Shown in pieces: positions 34,371 to 45,132 of a stretch of 64,000 bases of DNA. The notes under the pieces were generated by a model, which saw nothing but the letters and a program-made list of their open reading frames with translations, did not search any database and had not been told where the DNA came from. The DNA is taken from positions 14,734,784 through 14,798,783 of the forward strand of contig CM121341.1 of NCBI GenBank assembly GCA_051530055.1. Reading direction: 5' to 3'. Source of the stretch: Neoechinorhynchus agilis (lineage: Eukaryota; Animalia; Acanthocephala). The position numbers and the translations under genes were made by a program. Each line of letters opens with the position of its first letter. Positions within the stretch are counted from its first letter, which is position 1.

Positions 34371-35680
34371 TGTTGTGATCAGAAGCAGTATAGAATCTAT
34401 TCTGGATTAGTCGATTAAGCTTTCGAATATGGCGATTGAAAATAGCTTTTTCTTCAATATCCATATGATCTTTGACACAGAACCCTACAAGTTGACAATA
34501 TTCTGAACTTATCCATCTATTGGCATTCTCTAGGCAGTTATTATAGGAGATCGAATTGTTTTTGACATTGTTGACCATACATGAAATAGTATTATCAAGC
34601 ATGCGCTCCATCATGTTCTTTTTCCGTAGCGAATTGTCAAAACCAAAAGCAGGTGATCTTAGATGAAGGAAACTTGGAAAAACACCATGGTTTTTACAGT
34701 CCCTTAAGAAATCATTCAACCAATAAATAATTCTTACTTCAATTCCTTTGCTTTCACTTAACAATGAATGGAAACTCACTAAGACTGACTGGAAAAAACT
34801 TTTACAGTTCTGTACCAGATTTTCCAATTTTCGATTCTAGGGATGCGACTATGACCAAAAAGATGGCTTGGCAATGGGAAGTCCTCTAGCTCCTATCTTA
34901 GCTGAGTTACATATGAGGCAATGGGAATCTGATTTCTTAAAGGCTATCCCTGGGATCGCATTGTGGGTTAGATATGTGGACGATACCTTCATATTGCTAG
35001 ACTCTTCTGCCTGTCTCCTGAGGAGCTTCACAATCAGCTGAATGGTAAGGATGAACACATACAGTGGACAATGGACATTGAGGAACGAGGATATTTTTCG
35101 TTTCTCGATGTATCCATTAAACGAAGGGAGAATTCATACACAACGAGCGTGTATAAGAAATATGGTGTCCCGCGTCGTTTTGTTCCATGGAGTTCAATGC
35201 AACTGCAAAAATACAAAATGTCTAGGATTAGATATTTATTTCACAGAGCTTTTACACACTGTAGTGATGAATTTATACGGGATGAGGAGCTTAATTTCCT
35301 GTTCGACTTGTCGGGCAGACTCGGTTATCCTCTACATTTGGTAAAAAGATGCCTTGAAGGAGTGAGACACAGCCACGGAAGGGTTTCTAATGTGAAGAAA
35401 GAGAAGATCAGATCGATTTTGATAACACACAAGTGTTATTACGAAATCACGATCTATTCAGTCGTGTGGTCATGGAAGCTGTGTATATCCAGTCGTCATC
35501 CATTTTTGATGGAAACAAGCCAGATTACAGATTGAAGCTTTGGATTCCACCCGATAAGATCAACGTGTGATAGTTTTGGCATTCCCTACCTCTCTTTTTA
35601 GAATTCGCTGAAGAAGATCCTAGTTTGGATCGAAATATTCAATCAATAAATTAATTCTTACTTCAATTCCCATATCTCAA
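34370..35680. mobile_element. Rearranged Penelope-like element: inverted N-terminal ORF part (-, ~34370-34827), RT/thumb part (+, ~34850-35535) and 3' hammerhead motif
   Basis: Minus strand FLRDCKNHGVFPSFL...HIRKLNRL (PLE N-terminus). Plus strand DGLAMGSPLAPILAELHM, WVRYVDDTF, FSFLDVSI, RRFVPWSS, LFHRAFTHCS, GYP. CTGAAGA-A-GATCC..GGATC-GAAA at 35608-35635. Confidence 0.8.
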
Positions 35681-36073
35681 ACATATGGATTTTATTTTCA
35701 ACAATATAAACTTTAATTGCTGATGTCAAACAGCAACCGAAGGAGTTACATTGGGAATCAAACAAGGCCAAAGTTTCGCTTTACGCATTAGTTACTATTC
35801 CTTTTCACCTTAAATACACGGTTTATGTAATAAAAACTTCAAATGCTATCTAATCCAAACATTTTGTAAGGATTTCTTTTTCGTTCGGCATTTATTAAAC
35901 ATTGCTCTGGTAGGCAACACAATAAAATTTAAGGCTTTAGAATATAGCTGCCTGAGCAATGCAATATCGTAATCTCAGCATCGTCGGTCGCTCACATTCA
36001 ATATAGAATTTAATGAAAGTTAAGGAATTAAATAATTGATTCTAACTAAGGGGCTTAATCTAAAGTTAATTAC

Positions 36074-37087
36074 TCAACTGAGTCTCGGGATTTTGATCTT
36101 CGATAACACACGCATGAACGCATCCTCCTCTGCAGCATTCATCGGTCTCTCTTGGTACTCATTTCTTGGCACAATGGTAATATTCTCTGCTGAAGCCGTT
36201 GATGGGGTTTTCTGTATTTCCGAGTTTACAATAGTTTGAAATGTTGAAGACAGCATTTCTGCATATTTTCTACTGATTGTATTCATAAGATCCGGAATCT
36301 TAAGAATTTGTGCCTCTACCGATCCGATAGACTTTTCGAGCGATGAAGCCTCAGCTTGTCCGAGTTTATGCTCAGCTTTCGTGTCGAAGGTGAGAAAGTC
36401 AACACTGTCGTCGAATGGGGTCATCCCTGGATCCAGTTCGAGCCGAATAAAAGAAGACATGCTGGTCAATGCCGAGGCAGACTGTTCAGCTGTACTGCCC
36501 GATGAAGCAGTAAAGGATTCTTCGGTACTAAATCGAGTTGTAGATTCCGAAGTTGACAGGACGGTTGATTCGGCTGTGGTAGCGTCCGAAGTAGCTTCCG
36601 ACATTGAGTCCGAAGTTATCTGTTCAGTTGTCGTTGTCGAATCTGTTTCGTATATTTCTTCAATACAAAAAGTCATGTCCCTTGGTAGATCTAAGAGAAG
36701 ATCATTATTAACGACTAAAACCTTAACTTGAAATCTCACCGAATTTGTGAACAGCCTCGGCTACCTTCCTGGCGATGTAGGATTTGCAACATGACGTTCC
36801 GAGGCGAGCAGGTCGTGTGATGCATGCCCTCAATCCCTGAGGGGAATTCAATGATTCACTCATGAACTCATAAAGAAGAACTTTCTCCTCCTCAGTCAGA
36901 CCAGTGGAGCCTTTTTGAATTTAAAGGTAAATGGAAACTTAAAAAGTGATCTACTAACTGAATTTGATGCTTGGTTGATTTTGTGCCTTCGTCCTGCTCA
37001 CGATTAAGCAAATCAGAGCAAGTGTAATAAAAACTGAATTACTAAAATGTTAAACGAAGAAATACAAGAATAAAGGTTACCTTTCAT
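36074..37087 (-). CDS. Secreted S/T/E-rich mucin-like protein, paralog A (short repeat region)
   Basis: Same exon layout as the 43.3-kb and 50.3-kb paralogs (ATG 37087, 25-nt GT-AG intron 36715-36739, VVNNDLLLDLPRDMTFCIEEIYETD); diverged C-terminal half. Confidence 0.75.
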
Positions 37088-37628
37088 TTGTTATCGATGG
37101 ATTGAAGGCGCAACAGACACCAAAGTAAAGAGCATCGTTTTTACTAGTCGGGGTTTGAACAAGTCACATTGAACGAAGGTTGTTTTCTATTTGCTTTATA
37201 AGATTTCAACAAGAGAGTGATAGTACACGATGGAAAATTAACGACTCATTTTTCACTCGGTTTTATCAAACATGGAAAATTCAATTTCAGTCTACTTTTT
37301 AGAGACTCGTCGCGCAATCATTTATTATAATTTAATGTTGCTTTACCGAGACTTTGTCTTTTAAATATGGAAAAGAAGATTTTGGGATTAAAGCTTTCAG
37401 TGAGATTAATAATAAGCAGTTGTATAAGAAAAGATATAAGCGGTTGCCTCATTTTTCGAGGAGGCTCTACGACGCCGAATGTTTTTTAAAGTGCTAACTT
37501 TTCATTGTTGACTCTTTCATGGCATCCACGGAGAAAATTCTATACTATTTGCTGTCTCAAAAAATTTATATTGTCTATGGAATGAGTCGATAGAAGGGAA
37601 AACACTCCTTTCTTTAGGTAGTTTTGTC

Positions 37629-37700
37629 ACACCGGATTAAAATTCACTGATTTATTTCCGATATTTAGTCGGATAATTCCGACATTATCAAGGTTTGTCA
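37629..37700. mobile_element. Half copy of the 16843-17027 MITE family
   Basis: ACCGGATTAAAATTCACTGATTTATTTCCGATATTT..TCGGATAATT matches the left arm. Confidence 0.6.
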
Positions 37701-37739
37701 TTTCTTGTAGGAATGCTCCTGCGCTCCGCCATACCAAAC

Positions 37740-38102
37740 ACCCCGATTGTCTCGATGTCTCTGCAATTTTTCTAAAATGCAGTTTGTACTCCGTAACTGA
37801 CGCTCTCGTTAGATTTTCTAAATATTCGTCAGTAAATGAGTTTCGCTTTTTCGACTTGATGTTAGCAATTTTTTGGAAAATCCAGTTTCACGAACGTAGG
37901 CACTTCCAAACATTGTCAACATCTTTTTACAGCATTTCGACATTTGTGGAGATTCGTCATCAAGAACTTTGTGTTGCTCAAGAATATCCATATTATGTTG
38001 CATTGCATTTATTTCAAGCTTTACCGCACCTTCATATTCTACCAACATCTTCATAACTTTTGCTACAATGCAAATATAAACAGGTGAATGGATTTTCAGC
38101 AA
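37740..38102 (-). mobile_element. hAT (Buster/Charlie-like) transposase C-terminal remnant
   Basis: KKMLTMFGSAYVRETGFS...SRKSETHLL matches the hAT dimerisation motif FGSTYLCExxFS...KxRxxL. Confidence 0.7.
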
Positions 38103-38403
38103 AAAGTAACAACTAAGACCGCGAATGTCTTTATTATGAGCTTAGAAATTCAATTTTAACTTTTCTAATCATATGCTGAACTGCTCAATTTTTACTAGAT
38201 CATGGAATTCATGTGCAGGCTTTAAAAGTACGTAAAATTTGACTGATTGATAAGTCAAGTCCAACTTATTTTCACAAACACTGATTCCCTTCATTAAAGT
38301 TTCTATCATTTGATTTTTCCTTTTGTCATGAGCAGAGTTACAGCAGAGTTACAACAACTTTTTTATATTCACCCTCGCACGCTATCACTACCACTATATA
38401 TCA

Positions 38404-38997
38404 AAATTATGAAAAGCCTCTTTTCCCAACACCCTCATGTTTTATTCCAGATTTATTATCGAACGGAAAATGGGTGTTTTATTTATTTCTCGCTTCAAAC
38501 TTTCGACGCCAACATGCGTGGTATATAGGATGTTGTGCCGGCTATGCAAGAACGAAGGACGGACAACGTCCTACGTTGGCAAGACGGAAAGAATATTTTA
38601 CGTGCGCGCAATCCGACAGCTCCGTCATACCGATCGACCCCATGGGCTACCCATTTCGCTACCTCTCACGTTTGTGCCAGCCCAGTCTTCGAGATTGAGG
38701 TGATGCACAAGGCATCCGATCCGGTGGATCTCTCGATTGCCGAAGCGCTATGCATTAATCGTGAGAGAGTAGTGGGATTGAGTGGGGTTACGAGCAGCAA
38801 GGACGGACACAACGAGGCAGAGGGGATGCTCAATAAGAGGGATGAGCTGACGGACAGCGTTGCCCTCCTCTGATTCCTTTTCAGATAATCGAAGAAAAAG
38901 CTTCCTGACGAAGACGCAAGGCGTCGAAAATTTGAAGCAAGAAATAAATAAAACACACATTTTCCGTTCGATAATAAATCTGGAACTATATATATCA
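38404..38997 (+). mobile_element. 5'-truncated Penelope-like insertion inside the Gypsy 3' LTR
   Basis: Frameshifted GIY-YIG (VVYRMLCRLC...SYVGKT...LSIAEALCI), 66-bp inverted repeat (38445-38510 / 38920-38985), flanking TATATATCA direct repeat (38395-38403 / 38989-38997). Confidence 0.8.
38900..38938 (+). ncRNA. Minimal type I hammerhead ribozyme (PLE-associated)
   Basis: GCTTC-CTGACGA-A-GACGC(AAG)GCGTC-GAAA-ATTT-GAAGC: stem I, core and stem II intact, palindromic AATT mini-stem III. Confidence 0.8.
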
Positions 38998-41900
38998 TGT
39001 GTATTTGCTTCACCATGCAAATCATGGCATCTGCGTCACTATGCAAATCACTACATCTTCTCCCCCTCATCATCTGAACCTTTGGGGAGGACGTCTTATT
39101 CGACTACTTCGCAGTATTATTTCAGTCGGTTTTCCCTTCTCGTGATCTCTTACATCGTCATTATCTTCATCGTTTCGCTCGTTCATCGACTGCTGCTCGT
39201 CCTTTATTGCCTTTGCAGTTTCGTTTTCCACCATTTCGCTTTCTGGCTCATTTTTGACATTCCCGTCATTTTCTCGTGGTCTTACGAAATCTCCATGCAT
39301 TCTTTCTTCGATACCATATTCGTTAGTGATTCGATATGATACCGGACCGGTACGTCTCGTGATCATTCCTTCCCCCCCTCCCCCATCTTTCATCTTTGGG
39401 CCTTCTATACCATATCGTTTGATTGTCTTTAAACTCTCGTAATTTTCTGGCTGATTTGCTACCATGGTTCAATTCACTCATCTCGTTTTCCGATCTGATA
39501 TTGTCGAAAACTGTGGGCAGGCGCCTTCGTAACATTAAGGTTGCTGGTGACACTCCGGTGACACTATTCTCAGTGTTTCGGTAATTCTCTAAAAACTCCC
39601 ATATTTCGTCTTGAGTTTCCATTCTCATCTTTTGTTCTTTGAATGTTCCCACCATTACTTCTAGGTATGGACTCGAAGTTCCATGCTTTGTCCCTCTAGT
39701 TTGACTGAACTTTCCAAACTCCTCGGATTTGAATTGCGAACCGTTATCTGTTATAATTTTACTTGGGACTCCAAAACGGGCGAAACAATCTTTCAACCGG
39801 ACTATTATATTGCTTGTCGTCGCTTTGCCATTAACGTTCCAGATCTCGACCCATTTGCTTGTGGCATCGACCAGAATCAAATACATTTTATTGTGAACAG
39901 GCCCTGCCAAATCCAAGTGCAGTCGACTCCAAACTCTTTTCGGTCTATCCCAGGGCATCACTGGTTCTTTTTGTACCATCGGTCTTGTCTTTTGGCAATG
40001 CACGCAACGGCCCACAAATCTTTCAACATTATCGTCTATCTTCGGCCACCACACATAATGTCGAGTTAGCCTCTTCATTGATTCTATGCCCGGGTGACCT
40101 CTATGCAAATGTGTGAGTACTGTGCTGCGTAGACATTCTGGTACAATAATTTTATGCTGCCACATAACCAATCCATTCTCCTCTGAGAGTTCATCTTTCC
40201 TATCCCAAAAAGCTTTTTCGACTTCCTTGATGTTCATGGTCCAGGCATACCTCAAGAATCCTTTTGTCTTCCTCAGAGTTCCATCTTCCTTAGTTGCTTG
40301 TCGAATCACTTGACAAGAAAGATTCAACTGTTCCGCGTACTGTTGCTGCGCCGCTTCAAGTATCTTTATGTCCACCGTGTTATCACTTATCTTCGCTGTT
40401 CCATTTGGCATTCTCGACAAACAATCCGCATACAAGTTGCTTTTTCCTTTGACATAGCGTATTTGATAATCGTACTCGTTAAGCAGTAATGCCCAACGAA
40501 CTAACCTGCCGTTAGTCATCTTACTAAGATCACGCTTTTCCCTCCGATTCTCATCCTCTCCAAACGGTCGGAACGTCGATATTTATGCTTCTCTTTTTTT
40601 CTGATCCACCAAAAGCTCGATGAGTCTGGCCTGCTGCTTCACTATTTGTTTTGTCCCATCGCTGTCACCATTAAATGTCATGAGCAGAGTTACAGCAGAG
40701 TTACAACAACTTTTTTATATTCACCCTCGCACGCTATCACTACCACTATATATCATGTGTATTTGCTTCACCATGCAAATCATGGCATCTGCGTCACTAC
40801 GCAAATCACTACACCTTTGCAATTTTAAATTAAATTTATTAAGGTGATCCGTGATGTCAGTAAGAAATACGAGCAAGTTGATAAACTTTACTGTTTACAG
40901 GTACTTCAACTCCTTCTTGGATGTAACCATGAGAAGTATTTTGACACACAATTAGATCAATAGTATTGTCACTACTTTCTCCTTCCTGAGCGAACGATCA
41001 TCGGCACGGAATATAAAATCACTATAATTGTTAGCGTATTCTCCTTACAATGTCTCAAAACTGCCAGTGATTTAAAGGATTTGCATGAATAAAGTTTACA
41101 ATTTTAACAACAATACCCAGCGTAGGATACAACAGCGAACGAAGATAACGAAATTCATTTGATTCAGGATCAGACAATAAAGGAGTTGGGTCTGCGACGT
41201 AATTCTTGTTCTGCTTTGATCGTTTTTCCAATCCACGACGTTTCCGATGGAGTTTAGTGCATACTCCTCACGAAGACATGAGATTTTCATTGAGGATTGA
41301 GTACTATTGTGGTTACAACGGCACGTAATTCCTAGGAAGTTAAGAGATGTTGCATCATGATTTCCCCGTCTTCAATCCTATCTTGCTCATGACACTGTGG
41401 ATTCATAATAAAATACCTTGGCCTAATCCTCGTATCGAGGGAAGCCAACGATATGTAACCAGTGGCCTTCATTCTTTTAAAGCCGACTTCAGAACTCGCA
41501 ACAGCCTATTGCCGCTCATAAAGCACCAAATGCCTTCTTCCAAGGAAGGAAACCAACAATTACTAGATCCAGACAGCTCAGGTTTCATTTATCGACCAAT
41601 AAGAAAGGATCACTATGTCTCCAAGATTACGGCAATTCCGTTAATCACTAGACAGGCAATCTAAGCGAATTTTATTACACCACTACTAGACACGAAGAAA
41701 GATGTCAAAATAATAAAGATTAAAGCTACTTCGTTCAGGAACGGTACATTGAAAATTGTTTTTACACGCCAAAATGAGATGGATGATTTTGAATATTTTT
41801 CGAAGAAACGATTAGATTCGAAAGCAGTAACCTTTTCATCTTTCAAAAACGAGATTACATTTATTGCACATAATATATAGAGTTTATCCTCCACGGAAAC

Positions 41901-42079
41901 CATCATGGAATTCGACGACCAATTTCACTTTAAATTTTTCTTCAAGCCAAAAAAGGCGGTAAAGGCGATCACAATGGGAATATTCGAATCAGATACAGAC
42001 TAAATGATGAAATTATGCCCTCATTGCTGGATTTTCAATGTATAAAAGTCAGTTCCTCTAATAATTCCAACACCGAATC

Positions 42080-42950
42080 AAATCTCATATGTTCTCAATG
42101 TAATATACGCTTCTGATTTGCACATTGGATTCAAAACTGTCTGAACAAAGTGCAAAAATGCTACTTCGGCGCGCCCTTGTTTCCAATTATGCGTGGAAGC
42201 GTGTTGAGCAGATTCCACTCCTGGGAAGTGGATTTCTTTGAATACATTTTCAAATGTGTGGTATGCTAAAATTCCATCGGTTTCGAAAGCATTGACTCTA
42301 CAGGGGCAATACATTTCCCGACATAATGATATCGAACAAAGTATCCACTTGGTACGAGGGTAAGAAGAGAAGTTACTACCCTAAAAAGAACCTGAACGAT
42401 GAGATTTGTGTTTATCGTAAACTGTTGAGCTCATGCGACAGATGACCCGGGTTTTAGCAAAGAAGCTCCGAGCGGAAAATTACATTCATCTTCGGGATGT
42501 TGTGTTTAATTATGCGGATGCGAACCAGCAGGGCCAAATGGTCATCCCGTCATCTACTGTTACTGGAGACACAATGACAGGCGTGAGGAAATACGGACGC
42601 CTAGATTAGATCCCTTCATTAAAATGCAATCCTAAATGACATAAATTCACTGGTCACCACCTTCAAGGGCGATCATCTAGAATAGATCGACCCAATTTAC
42701 TTGCCCGCATCTTTCTAAGACCGCCGTTGTTACTAAGAAGCCAAACGTCTTCGGAGACACGAATTGTTAGGTGTACTCAATAGACTGGGAAAACCGTTGA
42801 TCGGCCTCATGCACATATTTTAGCCGTTGATATAGACAATGTGATTTCTTCATAGAGTTTCTACCTCCATCCGTTAAACCTCTGTGGTTTGACATAGTTG
42901 TGAAGAACATGATTCACCGGCCTTGTGGGAATGCCAACATATCGTCGCAG
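42080..42950 (-). mobile_element. Decayed LTR-retrotransposon integrase remnant
   Basis: ETDG...F...F..GVE..HAS.H..QGRAEVA resembles SDGGPQF...SSxYPQSNGRAEVAV; many stops upstream. Confidence 0.5.
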
Positions 42951-43258
42951 CCAAAATTAGTCTCGGTAAAGCAACATTAAATTATAATAAATGATTGCGC
43001 GACGAGCCTCTAAAAAGTAGACTGAAATTGAATTTTCGATGTTTGATAAAACCGAGTTATGATCAAAAAATGCTATAAAGAAGCCCACAAAGAAAAATGC
43101 GTCGTTATCTTTCCATTGTGTACTATCGCTCTCTTGTTGAAATATTATAAAGCAAATAGAAAATAACCTTCGTTCATTGTGACTTGTTCAAACCCCGGCT
43201 AGTAAAAACGATGCTCTTTACTTTGGTGTCTATAGCGCCCTCGATCCATCGATAAGAA

Positions 43259-44301
43259 ATGAAAGGTAACCTTTATTCTTGTATTTCTTCGTTCAACATT
43301 TTAGTAATTAAGTTTTTATTACTCTTGCTCTGATTTGCTTAATCGTGGACAGGACAATAGCGCAAAATCAACCAAGCATCAAATTCAGTTAGTAGATTAC
43401 TTTATATATGTTTTCATTTACCTTTAAATTCCAAAAGGCTCCACTGGTCTGACTGAAGAGGAGAAAGTTCTTCTTTATGAGTTCATGAGTGAATCATTGA
43501 ATTCCCCTCAGGGATTGAGGGCATGCATCACACGCCCTGCTCGCCTCGGAACGTCCTGTTGCAAATCCTATATCGCCAGGAAGGTAGCCGAGGCTGTTCA
43601 CCAATTCGGTGAGATATACAGTTAAGGTTTTAGTCGTTAATAATGATCTTCTCTTAGATCTACCAAGGGGCATGACTTTTTGCATTGAAGAAGTATACGA
43701 AACAGATTCGACAACGACAACTGAACAGATAACTTCGGAAGCAACGTCGGAAGCAACTTCGGCCGCTACCACAGCGCAATCAACTGTCCTGTCAACTTCG
43801 GAAACAACGTCGGATGCCACTTCGGAGGCTACAACAGCGAAATCAACCGTTATGTCAACTTCGGAAGCAACGTCGCAGGCTACCACAGCGGGGACACCCA
43901 CCACAATCCCGCCGGGCAATGTCAATGATTTATTCACCTCACCTGAACCTTTACCGGTTGATTTCGTTCCAATAAGAATACTGGATTCACCAGATGAAGA
44001 CATACTTGACTTCCAACCCGACGGGGAAATTAGCAAAGCTGCATTCGAGAAATTGATCACTTTAGTTGACGAACAAATTGAGAAGATTCCATTTTTGATT
44101 GAAAATATTAAGAAATCATATTCTGAGATCGCAAATTCCACGTTAGGAAGGATGCGTGTCACGGAAACAACAACTTCGGTAGAAGACGATTTCGAGAACT
44201 TCCGAGTTGCTTATCCCAATCAAGATATATCAATGAATGAAGAAGCTGAGGAAATTTTTCTAAGGATTCTTGGAAACTTGGAAGCCCCCGCACTTAATTA
44301 G
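43259..44301 (+). CDS. Secreted S/T/E-rich mucin-like protein, paralog B
   Basis: Predicted splice MKV|FITLALICLIVDRTIAQ (signal peptide), Cys-containing N-domain, 25-nt intron 43609-43633, short TSEATS repeats, C-terminus FRVAYPNQDISM..EIFLRILGNLEAPALN. Confidence 0.8.
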
Positions 44302-45132
44302 AAAACGTTGATAATTACTAATCTCAGTTCGTAGTTAGAATCATTTATTAGACATCATCAATAAAGCCCTCGATATCCTTTATAAGTTTCTCTTCTTCCT
44401 TTTGTAGCATATTCATTTCATTCCAAAGAGTAAACAAATAAGAGACCATGTTATGATCAGCATCTGCAGCTGGCATGTACATTCTCCACCAGAATTCTAC
44501 CTGATATAAAGGCAAATAAAGTTTTGTTGTTAGATTAAATGATACTCACATCGCATGGAATTGTAAGATATTCTTTATTGGCAATTACGGCGTCCTCGAA
44601 ATCAGAATAGGTATGGACGTTCAATGATGAGTAGGTCTCGCACAGATTTCGGAACAAGCTTAGTAAAAAACGTTCATCGAAACCCATTGCGAATGAATTT
44701 GAGCGCAAAAGCTAAAATATAAATAGTTTTTAAAAAGGAAATTATGAGTGTTTAGACAAACACAAAAAAATTTGAAAAACTACAACTTTTCCGCGATTTA
44801 GTCTAAATGAAAGAATATTCATGAATAAAAAGTTGTAAACATTTTTGCATCACCGCAAATAATTTACTATTAATCGGATATTGGGATCGAAATTAAAATC
44901 GTAATCATGCACTTAATCTAAAATAAAATCCGTTTCGATTCGAAGTTATTTGGTCAAAATAAAAAATAGCTTATCCACTAAAATTATATTTGTTATACAT
45001 AATGCAATTGTGTGAATTTAAAAGTATAGGGCATTTAACGATAAAACATTATTGCACTACTCTGATACTCAGAATATTTTACAGAATTTTTAAATGACTC
45101 CCTCTTTGCATTCGGTATAAAAGAGTTTGGGC

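Larger units (their letters stand above)
38324..40813 (-). mobile_element. Internally deleted Ty3/Gypsy LTR retrotransposon
   Basis: 5' LTR 40676-40813 (TG..CA), PBS-like TGGTGACAGCG, PPT GAGGGGGAGAAGA, 3' LTR 38324-39055 (interrupted), 5-bp TSD CCTTT (38319-23 / 40814-18). Encodes only the RNase H tail (VRWALLLNEYDY) and integrase (HRGHPG, WWP, HLDLAGP, TDNGSQF). Confidence 0.92.
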
